Positions 30,296-37,874 of a stretch of DNA of 37,874 bases are shown one piece after another. The stretch comes from Rhodothermales bacterium (GTDB lineage: Bacteria > Bacteroidota > Rhodothermia > Rhodothermales > VXPQ01): the NCBI GenBank assembly GCA_040904565.1, contig JBBDTI010000045.1:1-37874 (forward strand), written 5' to 3'. The position numbers were made by a program, and so were the translations under genes. Positions within the stretch are counted from its first letter, which is position 1, and every line of letters starts with the position of its first letter. The notes beneath the pieces were generated by a model. That model worked only from the letters and a program-made list of their open reading frames with translations. It was not told the DNA's origin and searched no databases.

Positions 30296-31024
30296 ATGCC
30301 TCCTTTTCTAGCTGAATTCGTCGGTACCGCGATCCTCCTCTTGCTCGGCGACGGCGTCGTTGCCAATGTGTTGCTGAAAGGAACGAAGGGGGAAAATTCC
30401 GGATGGATCGTCATAACGATGGGGTGGGGCATGGCCGTGTTCGTCGCCGTGTTCTGTGTGGCGGCCTTTTCCGGTGCGCACATCAATCCGGCCGTAACGA
30501 TCGGACTCGCGGCGGCGGGCAAGTTCTCCTGGGCCGCGGTACCGTCCTATCTCACGGCGCAGTTTCTCGGCGGTGCCTTCGGGGCGTTCCTCGTGTGGCT
30601 GCACTATCGGCCCCACTTCGTCGTAACGGAGAACACGGACCTGAAGCTGGCGGTCTTCTGTACGGGACCGGCGATTCGCGACACGCCGGCGAATTTCATT
30701 TCGGAGGCGATTGGGACGTTCGTGCTGGTATTTGCCGTTCTGTATCTGGCGGCGCCTGAGGTAGGTCTCGGGGCACTTGACGCGCTACCGGTCGGACTCG
30801 TCGTCCTCGTCATCGGTCTGTCACTGGGTGGAACAACCGGTTACGCCATCAATCCGGCTCGCGACCTGGGCCCACGCATCATGCACGCCGTGCTCCCGAT
30901 GGGCGCCAAGCGGGACAGCGACTGGAGCTATTCGTGGATTCCCGTCGTCGCCCCCGTCGTCGGTGGTGCGCTGGCCGCGCTGGCCTTTCACGCGTTGACG
31001 TTGTCGTCGACGGTAGGGGGATGA
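30296..31024 (+). CDS. glpF: glycerol uptake facilitator (MIP family)
   Basis: SGAHINPAVT and GYAINPARD (the NPARD aquaglyceroporin signature). Confidence 0.96.
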   Translation: MPPFLAEFVGTAILLLLGDGVVANVLLKGTKGENSGWIVITMGWGMAVFVAVFCVAAFSGAHINPAVTIGLAAAGKFSWAAVPSYLTAQFLGGAFGAFLVWLHYRPHFVVTENTDLKLAVFCTGPAIRDTPANFISEAIGTFVLVFAVLYLAAPEVGLGALDALPVGLVVLVIGLSLGGTTGYAINPARDLGPRIMHAVLPMGAKRDSDWSYSWIPVVAPVVGGALAALAFHALTLSSTVGG

Positions 31025-31097
31025 TTCTGCATGATATGGCACGCCGATGCGTGTATATTTACAGGTAGGGCGTTCCATCCACCATCCGTCTCCCGAA

Positions 31098-31637
31098 ATG
31101 GCTCACATCAAACTACCGGAAGGACTGCCCGGCATCGTCGGTCTGCTCGAAGAATATCCCGCGACAGGGAAGCACCTGCGGGGTCTCGCGCAGGAACTTT
31201 TGCGCGGCCCGTCTCCGTTAACGCCTGGAGAGAGGGAGCTTATCGCAGCGTTCGTATCGTCCGAGAACAACTGCTACTTCTGCGCGAACTCCCACAGCGC
31301 GGCGGCGCGCCATTTGCTTGGCGAGGATGCTTCGGTTGTGGAACAGGTCAAGCTCGGCATCGAGCAGGCTGAGATCAGTGGGAAGATGAAGGCGCTCCTC
31401 TCCATTGCTAAGAAGGTTCAGCTGGGTGAGCGTCGGGTGGCGGACGAAGACGTCGAGCGAGCTCGGGACGAGGGGGCGACGGACAAAGAGATTCACGATA
31501 CGGTTCTGATCGCCGCCGCCTTCTGCATGTACAATCGCTACGTCGACGGGCTTGCAACCTGGGCCCCGAAAAACCCGGAACTCTACGATCGGCACGGAGC
31601 CGAGCTTGCATCCGCGGGATACGTTACATCGAATTGA
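31098..31637 (+). CDS. AhpD/carboxymuconolactone decarboxylase-like peroxidase-related protein
   Basis: ERELIAAFVSSENNCYFCANSH (E-x-CxxC-x3-H) and 'AAAFCMYNRYVDGL'. Confidence 0.9.
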   Translation: MAHIKLPEGLPGIVGLLEEYPATGKHLRGLAQELLRGPSPLTPGERELIAAFVSSENNCYFCANSHSAAARHLLGEDASVVEQVKLGIEQAEISGKMKALLSIAKKVQLGERRVADEDVERARDEGATDKEIHDTVLIAAAFCMYNRYVDGLATWAPKNPELYDRHGAELASAGYVTSN

Positions 31638-31647
31638 TGCCGCTGTT

Positions 31648-33441
31648 ATGAAGAAGACGGTAACGAAAGTCGTCGTATCGATTTTCTTCGTGGCGCTGTT
31701 GGCCTTTCCCGTGGTCGACCGCTACCTCCAGGAGAGCGAGGCGCGGAATCAGGCCGGACTGTCATCGGAAGAGGCGCTGAACCGGTACGGTTTTTACCTG
31801 GAGGAGGTCTCTGCGTCGATCGGCATCGATTTTGAACACGAGGCGCCGGTCTTCGATGAGAAGCTCGAGCACATCATGCCCCAGGTCGCGTCGCTCGGGG
31901 CTGCCGTTTCGGTGGTGGATTACGACCGGGACGGACTGCAAGATCTCTACGTCACCTCAAGCGGGATCGGCGCCGACAATGCGCTGTACCGAAATCTTGG
32001 TGATGGTACGTTCGTGAACGTCGCCCGGGAAATGGGCTTGGGCGATGTGAATCGCGAGGGCACGGGCGTCTCGACGGGGGCCGTGTGGGGCGATTTCGAC
32101 AACGACGGATTTGAAGACCTGTTTCTCTATAAATGGGGGCGCTCCGAGCTCTATCGGAACGACGAGGGCGAAGGGTTTACGCGCGTCACCGGTCCGTCCG
32201 GGTTGCCTGACTGGGCCAACGTGAATGCCGGGATCTGGCTCGACTACGACCGGGACGGACATCTGGATCTCTTCTTCGCGGGATACTATCCGGAAGACCT
32301 CAATCTTTGGGAGATCGAACACACGCGCATCATGCCGGAGAGCTTCGAATATGCTTCGAACGGCGGCCGGATGTATCTATTTCGCGGCCACGGCGACGGA
32401 ACGTTCGAGGACGTGACGGAGGAGATGGGTCTGCTGGAGAGCCGGCAGTGGACGATGGCGGTTTCCGCGGCCGATCTCAGGGAGTCCGGGTATCCGGATC
32501 TGTTCATCGCCAACGATTACGGCACGGACCAGGTGTTTTTCAACAAGGAGGGAGAGGGGTTCGTACCGGCAGGCGAGCAAACCCAGGTCGGCTTTACGCC
32601 CAAGAGCGGGATGAACGTGGCGTTCGGCGATCTGGCGAATGAAGGAGCATTCTCCGTCTACGTTACGAACATTTCCGAGCCGGGCGTGCTCGTCCAGGGA
32701 AACAATCTCTGGGTACCGAGCGGGTCGGGGGATGCGCTGCGGTACCGCAACATGGCCAGCACGCTCAATGTTGAGATGGGCGGCTGGAGCTACGGCGCGC
32801 AGTTCGGCGACATCAACAATGACGGTCTGGTTGACCTGTTTGCTACCAACGGGTATGTCTCGGCGGATCGAACCGGCAGCTACTGGTACGACTTCTCGAA
32901 GGTCGCCGGGGGCAACGAGGCGATCATTTCAGACGCCAGGAACTGGCCGGCCATGGACGGCCGGAGCCTGTCCGGTTACCAGCTCAAGAAATTGTGGCTC
33001 AATACGGGGCAGTGGCGGTTCCAGCAGGTGGCGCAGGCCGTCGGCGTAACGGAGACGTTCGACGGGCGATCCGTCGTGTTTGCCGATCTCTGGAACCGCG
33101 GCGTGCTCGACATTATCGTGGCGCATCAGCGAGGTCCTCTGCTCGTCTACCGGAACGCGACGGCACCCGATCGCGAATGGATCGAATTTGAACTGTCGGG
33201 GACGGCGAGCAACCGCAGCGCGATCGGCGCGCAGGTCGAGTTGTACTGGAACGGGCAGCGCCAGCTTCAGCAGGTCTCGGGCGGGTCCGGGTTTAGCGCA
33301 CAGAATCAGCGTCGCGTTCATTTCGGTCTGGGCTCGGACGCCGACATTGAGAAGGTGGTCATCCGATGGCCGTCCGGGCGTACCCAGACACTAACAGGCG
33401 TCGAGCCGGGTCGTATTCATCGGATAACGGAACCGGCATAA
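31648..33441 (+). CDS. CRTAC1-family FG-GAP beta-propeller with C-terminal ASPIC/UnbV domain, N-terminally anchored
   Basis: Repeats DYDRDGLQDLYV, DFDNDGFEDLFL, DYDRDGHLDLFF and DINNDGLVDLF; C-terminal NRSAIGA...GSGFSAQ...HFGLG...IRWPSG. Confidence 0.92.
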   Translation: MKKTVTKVVVSIFFVALLAFPVVDRYLQESEARNQAGLSSEEALNRYGFYLEEVSASIGIDFEHEAPVFDEKLEHIMPQVASLGAAVSVVDYDRDGLQDLYVTSSGIGADNALYRNLGDGTFVNVAREMGLGDVNREGTGVSTGAVWGDFDNDGFEDLFLYKWGRSELYRNDEGEGFTRVTGPSGLPDWANVNAGIWLDYDRDGHLDLFFAGYYPEDLNLWEIEHTRIMPESFEYASNGGRMYLFRGHGDGTFEDVTEEMGLLESRQWTMAVSAADLRESGYPDLFIANDYGTDQVFFNKEGEGFVPAGEQTQVGFTPKSGMNVAFGDLANEGAFSVYVTNISEPGVLVQGNNLWVPSGSGDALRYRNMASTLNVEMGGWSYGAQFGDINNDGLVDLFATNGYVSADRTGSYWYDFSKVAGGNEAIISDARNWPAMDGRSLSGYQLKKLWLNTGQWRFQQVAQAVGVTETFDGRSVVFADLWNRGVLDIIVAHQRGPLLVYRNATAPDREWIEFELSGTASNRSAIGAQVELYWNGQRQLQQVSGGSGFSAQNQRRVHFGLGSDADIEKVVIRWPSGRTQTLTGVEPGRIHRITEPA

Positions 33442-34250
33442 TGCCCTGGGGAATCAGGTACGACCGGCGCTACACGGCGCCGTTGTTCATCACGTCCATT
33501 CTTATCGGCGCTCACCTGTCCTTCGGGATTCTGGAGAGCTACCGGGCCATTCTGCTCGCTATCGGCTCGGCCGTCGTGGCGGAGGTCATACTCTCCCGCC
33601 TTCTACGGGATCGCTGGCCCCACCTTTCGAGCTCGTACATCTCGGGCATCAGTGTAGGCATCCTGATTCGGACGCCGTTGTACTGGCCGTTCGCCGTTTG
33701 CAGCCTTCTGACGATCACGTCGAAATACGTGCTCCGATTTAGGGGTAAGCATCTATGGAATCCGTCCAACTTCGGTATCTGCGCGATGCTGTTTCTGGCG
33801 CCGCACGCCGTGGCGCCGCTCAGTATCCAGTGGGGCAACAATCTGTGGCCGATGGTCGTGATTTGGATCCTGGGATCGGTGATCATCTGGCGCATCCGTC
33901 GCTTCCATATCTGCGCGACCTATGTGGCCGGATTTCTCCTCTTCGCGTTCACGCGTACGCTCATTACGGGACACAGCTTCCTGGCGGAAGTCGCTCCGAT
34001 CACGGGACCGATGTATCAGCTGTTCGTCTTCTTCATGATCACCGACCCGAAGACGACCGTGTCGTCCAGACGAGGGCGGATGGCCGTGGCGTTCGCCATC
34101 GCGTTCGTTGAGATGCTGTTCCGCCTGGGTGAGGTGGTTCACGCCCCGTTCTACGCACTGTTCGTCGTCGGACCGATCTCGCTGCTGGTGGAAATGTGGT
34201 GGGAAGGCCGCCGGAACGCTGTTACGTCACCTTCAGCGGTCCAGGCCTGA
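33441..34250 (+). CDS. RnfD/NqrB-like (UnbU-like) integral membrane protein
   Basis: Multi-TM protein; SKYVLRFRGKHLWNPSNFG and FFMITDPKT match the NqrB/RnfD 'NPA..G' and 'FMATDP' regions; TAATG coupling to the upstream gene. Confidence 0.8.
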   Translation: MPWGIRYDRRYTAPLFITSILIGAHLSFGILESYRAILLAIGSAVVAEVILSRLLRDRWPHLSSSYISGISVGILIRTPLYWPFAVCSLLTITSKYVLRFRGKHLWNPSNFGICAMLFLAPHAVAPLSIQWGNNLWPMVVIWILGSVIIWRIRRFHICATYVAGFLLFAFTRTLITGHSFLAEVAPITGPMYQLFVFFMITDPKTTVSSRRGRMAVAFAIAFVEMLFRLGEVVHAPFYALFVVGPISLLVEMWWEGRRNAVTSPSAVQA

Positions 34251-34380
34251 GTGGTGCCCGGGTGATCGATACCGATCCGAGGGGCGGCGAACTGACGATC
34301 CTCGCAACCGCTATCCTATGTTAATTGTGCGCAGGGTCCCCTGTCGTGAGATGACTACCTCCAGACCATGGAGGATTCTC

Positions 34381-34915
34381 ATGGCATGTCTTGTCGTTGA
34401 CCCGCGTTCCGGGTTCTATTACGCGCAGTTCTACGACGCGAACCGGCGTCCGAAGCGCAAGCGTATTTCCGTGAAGACGAAAAAAAGGACGCATCGCCGA
34501 GCATGCCTTCATCAAGCTCGAGGATGACTACGCGCTGGGACGCTGCGATCCGTGGGTGCCGCAAGCCAAAGTAGATCACGATGCAGATCTCTCGCTCCTT
34601 GGAGACGCCGTGGACGCCTATCTCGCTTCTTGCTCTCACCTGAAGCCCAAGACAATCAAGACGTACAAGGAGATCGTTGAGCCGTTTCGGCGGTTTCGCG
34701 GCGACCAGTTCCCATCGCGAGATTCTCGGCATCGAAGGTACTAGCGTGGCTCGACTCGACCAACGCGGGCGTTGTCACGCGCCGAAAGTACACGAATCAC
34801 CTGGGCTATCTCTTTTGCTTCCTCTTTCGCGGAGGCTGGCTTTCGGAAGACGTCTTGAAGAGAGTTGCTCTGCGGAGAGTGCCTGAGCAGGCGCCGAAGG
34901 CAATGTCCCTGGAAA
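34381..34915 (+). pseudogene. tyrosine recombinase/integrase N-terminal remnant (2 frameshifts, no catalytic domain)
   Basis: Three frames read YYAQFYDANRRPKRKRISVKTK / IAEHAFIKLEDDYALGRCDPW...LGDAVDAYL...KPKTIKTY / WLDS...RKYTNHLGYLF.FL...GWL...PEQAPKAM; GGAGG RBS at 34370-34374. Confidence 0.75.
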
Positions 34916-34920
34916 GCTGC

Positions 34921-35082
34921 GGGCACAACCATCTATCGGTAAATCCTAGGCCTAGTCTGGATGACGTGAAGATCACGAAGCTGCTCGTCTCCGTTGGCAA
35001 GTAGATGGGAATTCCGCTTCTCGATCACATAATGGTTTGCGAGGATAGCCACGTGAGCCTCGCTGATATCGGTCAGCTGTGA
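34921..35082 (+). pseudogene. radC: RadC/JAB-domain C-terminal remnant
   Basis: GHNHLSVNPRPSLDDVKITKLLVSVGK*MGIPLLDHIMV...SLADIGQL* matches the RadC pattern HNHPSG.P.PS..D...T...G..+GI.+LDH; internal TAG at 35002-35004. Confidence 0.85.
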
Positions 35083-35323
35083 GCTCCCGTAGACGATATG
35101 ACAGTGGATTGTCATGGCGACGTACTATAATAAATGGCAGGAGAAAGGTCGCCAGACTACTTGCCGGCGCCTTGGCCTTCCAGGGGATAATGAGGGCAGA
35201 CTAGCAAGTCAGTAAAACTTTCCAGGTTACGGCAGCTGCGTGTCGCTGTAATTCGGACCTTCTAACTCGTTTATTATTAGTGCAAGGCGTGAGTGAATTG
35301 CTAGATCAGTCAGTCATAATCCT

Positions 35324-35755
35324 ATGAGCAGGAGTGCTTCCCCCCGGAGGGATTTTCTATCGCCAGCAGAGCGAAGCGAGAGAATGAGCCGGATTAAGCA
35401 CAAGGATACGGAGCCTGAGATGACGGTTCGGCGGCTCGTTCATTCTTTGGGATATAGATACCGACTTCATAGACAAGACTTGCCGGGAACTCCCGACCTC
35501 GTTTTCGCAAGTCGTCGTAAGGTTATCTTTGTTCACGGTTGCTTTTGGCACCTACACGAACCATGCGATCATTACCGACTGCCGCGGTCGGACCAATGGA
35601 TGGACAAGCTTCGGGCAAATAAGGAGCGAGATAGGCGCCATCGAGCCGCGCTTAGTCGTAGTGGCTGGGATGTACATGTGACATGGGAGTGCGAGTTGTC
35701 CAAGAAGAACCTGGATCACATCGCCGACGATTTGATCGCTTTCCTCGAAGCGTAG
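35324..35755 (+). CDS. vsr: very short patch repair endonuclease
   Basis: RSERMSRIKHKDTEPE, GYRYRLH, LPGTPDLVF, IFVHGCFWH, N.ERD and WECE. Confidence 0.96.
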   Translation: MSRSASPRRDFLSPAERSERMSRIKHKDTEPEMTVRRLVHSLGYRYRLHRQDLPGTPDLVFASRRKVIFVHGCFWHLHEPCDHYRLPRSDQWMDKLRANKERDRRHRAALSRSGWDVHVTWECELSKKNLDHIADDLIAFLEA

Positions 35756-35804
35756 GATCGATCCGCGACTCGGATTAGGAAAATTAATCTCGAATCAGAT
35801 AGGA

Positions 35805-36989
35805 ATGATGAACAGCATTGAGTTATTCGCGGGCGTAGGCGGTCTTGCCACGGGATTGGCAGAGGCGGGCTTTACGCACGATGCGGTCATTGAATGGGAC
35901 GATGTCGCTTGTGAGACGATTCGCTTCAATAAGCAAAGGGGTCATCCTCTAGTATGTGACTGGAGGGTGATTGAAGGTGACGTACGCGAGATGGATTACA
36001 AGTCACTTGGCGAGATCGCGCTTGTTGCCGGTGGCCCTCCTTGTCAACCGTTTAGTATTGGCGGAAAGCATAAAGGACGAGAGGACAATCGAGACATGCT
36101 TCCCGTGGCGGTTGATATAGTCCGGCAAACTCGTCCGAGGGCGTTCGTTTTTGAAAACGTAAAGGGCCTAACGAGGGCAAAGTATGAGACCTACCTCGAC
36201 TACGTCCTTCTCCGACTTTCGTATCCCGAGATCATGCGTAAGGACGACGAGAATGTCAACGAGCATCTCGATCGCCTGGAACAGCATAAGACAGATGGGT
36301 CCATCGAAGGACTGTCGTACAACGTCATCTTTCGCGTTCTTAATGCCGCTGATTACGGAGTGCCACAGCACCGCCACCGCGTCTTCATCGTAGGCTTCAG
36401 AAATGACGTCGGAGCCGACTGGCACTTTCCGCGACCGACGCACACCGAGGATGCCCTTCTTTATGACCAGTGGGTAACGGGTGAGTATTGGGAAAGGCAT
36501 GAGGTTCCAAGGGGCGATCGTCCGGCTATTCCGAAACGCAAGCTGCGCGCGATCGAGAAACTCAAGAGCGGAATAGCCGAGTTCATGGGCAAGCCTTGGC
36601 AAACGGTAAGAGACGCGATTGGTGACCTACCTGATCCTCGTGAGTGTGACATAGAGTACCTCAACCACGAGTACAATGACGGTGCTCGTATTTACCCCGG
36701 CCATACAGGAAGTCCGTTGGACAAACCTTCCAAGGCCCTAAAGGCGGGCGTTCATGGCGTACCCGGAGGCGAGAACATGCTGAGGCGTGTGGACGGATCC
36801 GTAAGGTACTTCACCGTGAGGGAGGCCGCGCGAATTCAAACGTTTCCTGACGACTATGCGTTTGTCGGCGCTTGGAGCCGATCAATGCGCGGATTGGGGA
36901 ATGCCGTGCCAGTGAAGCTTGCCTCAATTATCGGGCAGAGTATCGCTCAACGTTTAGCTGGTGATCAGTTGCGGCGAACAGCGGCGTGA
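35805..36989 (+). CDS. DNA (cytosine-5)-methyltransferase
   Basis: Motifs I ELFAGVGG, IV GGPPCQPFS, VI FENVKG, VIII Q.R.RVF, IX RIQTFPD and X GNAVP; TRD 'KAGVHGVPGGENML' recalled from M.Eco29kI-like enzymes. Confidence 0.97.
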   Translation: MMNSIELFAGVGGLATGLAEAGFTHDAVIEWDDVACETIRFNKQRGHPLVCDWRVIEGDVREMDYKSLGEIALVAGGPPCQPFSIGGKHKGREDNRDMLPVAVDIVRQTRPRAFVFENVKGLTRAKYETYLDYVLLRLSYPEIMRKDDENVNEHLDRLEQHKTDGSIEGLSYNVIFRVLNAADYGVPQHRHRVFIVGFRNDVGADWHFPRPTHTEDALLYDQWVTGEYWERHEVPRGDRPAIPKRKLRAIEKLKSGIAEFMGKPWQTVRDAIGDLPDPRECDIEYLNHEYNDGARIYPGHTGSPLDKPSKALKAGVHGVPGGENMLRRVDGSVRYFTVREAARIQTFPDDYAFVGAWSRSMRGLGNAVPVKLASIIGQSIAQRLAGDQLRRTAA

Positions 36990-37123
36990 CCTAAGGCACG
37001 CAAGTTGCTCTAGTTCTGCGATATTGAGCTGGTCTGGACGCCCGCCATTTGCGGGCGCCCGTGATCAGTCATATCTTGGCTAATTCACGCTCACTCGGAT
37101 GTCAGGACTGCGACGTGCACGCA

Positions 37124-37874
37124 ATGCCGGATTTTGACCGGAAAAAGTTCATTGAGGATCTAGAGTCAATCATTGATGGACTGCCACCGTCCGACGCGTA
37201 TCGAAGAAGCGGCGATCACTATGATCGTAAGAAGCTTCGCCGAATTGTGAAACGTGTGGTGAAGTTCAGCCAGGAGCTTGATCCGTACAGGCATCCTCGG
37301 GTCCACGATCCTGCGGATCCCTCCGTCGCGGGTCGACATTTGGCGAATGATCTCGAGGGCTCTGAAAGCGAGAATCTGGCGGATCTCGAAGGATTCTGGG
37401 GATCCGGGATATACGCCCTGTACTACAAGGGCGACCACCCTGCGTACGTGATTATCTCGGGTGCGGATGTCCCGATCTACGTTGGCAAGGCAAATCCGTC
37501 TGATTTCACGGCGACTAACCCTGTTAACCAGGGGCGCAAACTCTATAATCGAATTCGCGAGCATCGGTCAAGTATTCAAGAGTCGAATTCGTACGTCAGT
37601 GATCTCAGTAAGGCTTTGAGAAGTGAGAGGGGACTTCATTCACTCGCGGTTTCGGACTTTGAATGCTCGTACCTCGTCGTGCCCAGTGCCTACGCTGAAG
37701 CGGCGGAGACGGTGTTAATTGAGCACTACAAGCCCGTCTGGAACAAGGAAACTCAGCTCTGCGAAGGGATTGGCAAGCATGGAGATAGCGCCTCAACGCG
37801 CGCGAATACGAGGTCAAGATGGGACACGATCCACCCGGGACGCTCTTGGACACTTGGCGAGAATAACATCGACC
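37124..37874 (+). CDS. Eco29kI-family GIY-YIG type II restriction endonuclease (3' end beyond the window)
   Basis: Manually translated open frame from ATG 37124: GSGIYALYYKG...PIYVGKA...LYNRIREH...AETVLIEHYKPVWN...G.GKH...SRWDTIHPGRSW; no stop before the window end. Confidence 0.92.
   Translation, partial: MPDFDRKKFIEDLESIIDGLPPSDAYRRSGDHYDRKKLRRIVKRVVKFSQELDPYRHPRVHDPADPSVAGRHLANDLEGSESENLADLEGFWGSGIYALYYKGDHPAYVIISGADVPIYVGKANPSDFTATNPVNQGRKLYNRIREHRSSIQESNSYVSDLSKALRSERGLHSLAVSDFECSYLVVPSAYAEAAETVLIEHYKPVWNKETQLCEGIGKHGDSASTRANTRSRWDTIHPGRSWTLGENNID

Larger units (their letters stand above)
34381..37874 (+). mobile_element. decayed integrative element / defence islet carrying an R-M system
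   Basis: Integrase and RadC remnants; visibly AT-richer sequence and codon usage from about 34.9 kb; vsr-MTase-REase cargo; right end lies outside the window. Confidence 0.6.

Noticed and set aside
31648-34250. Enediyne biosynthetic cluster or Rnf/Nqr operon
   Set aside because: No PksE, thioesterase or UnbL gene and no other rnf/nqr subunit in the window.
21440-34380. Genomic island bounded by a tRNA-Ser 3' duplication
   Set aside because: No copy of the tRNA 3' end was seen near the integrase remnant or elsewhere in the window; an att site may lie outside it.
35199-35210. C-box-like GACT-AGCA-AGTC upstream of vsr
   Set aside because: The spacing differs from the usual GACT-N3-AGTC, it is a single copy, and no controller gene is visible.

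Overview
GC-rich chromosomal window that looks like a Rhodothermota/Bacteroidota-lineage bacterium. This is an inference from the AtpA insert '[28 protein letters not shown]', the N-terminally extended AtpB, an atp operon lacking atpD/C, and a Rhodothermales-type integrase N-terminus. 1-21.5 kb is core genome: hypotheticals, cyclophilin, lysS (preceded by a highly structured terminator/antiterminator-like leader), MFS transporter, orphan PAS/GAF histidine kinase, queG, a lipoprotein, a PKD-OmpA protein, rpsT, M23 peptidase-bactofilin-atpZ/I-atpBEFHAG and tRNA-Ser(GCT). 21.5-34.3 kb is accessory: a DUF432-like/MscS/membrane-protein operon, YceI plus an internally deleted ring-cleaving dioxygenase plus an esterase behind a palindromic operator, glpK-D-Q-F, and a tightly coupled AhpD-like / CRTAC1(ASPIC-UnbV) / RnfD-NqrB-UnbU-like trio without any PKS or Rnf/Nqr partners. 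34.4 kb to the end is a decayed integrative element (frameshifted integrase remnant fused to a RadC remnant) followed by an apparently intact Vsr + C5-methyltransferase + Eco29kI-family GIY-YIG restriction endonuclease; the last gene is missing from the ORF track and runs off the window. The best novelty candidates are the AhpD-CRTAC1-UnbU-like module and the lysS leader RNA. All calls come from manual reading; no searches were run.
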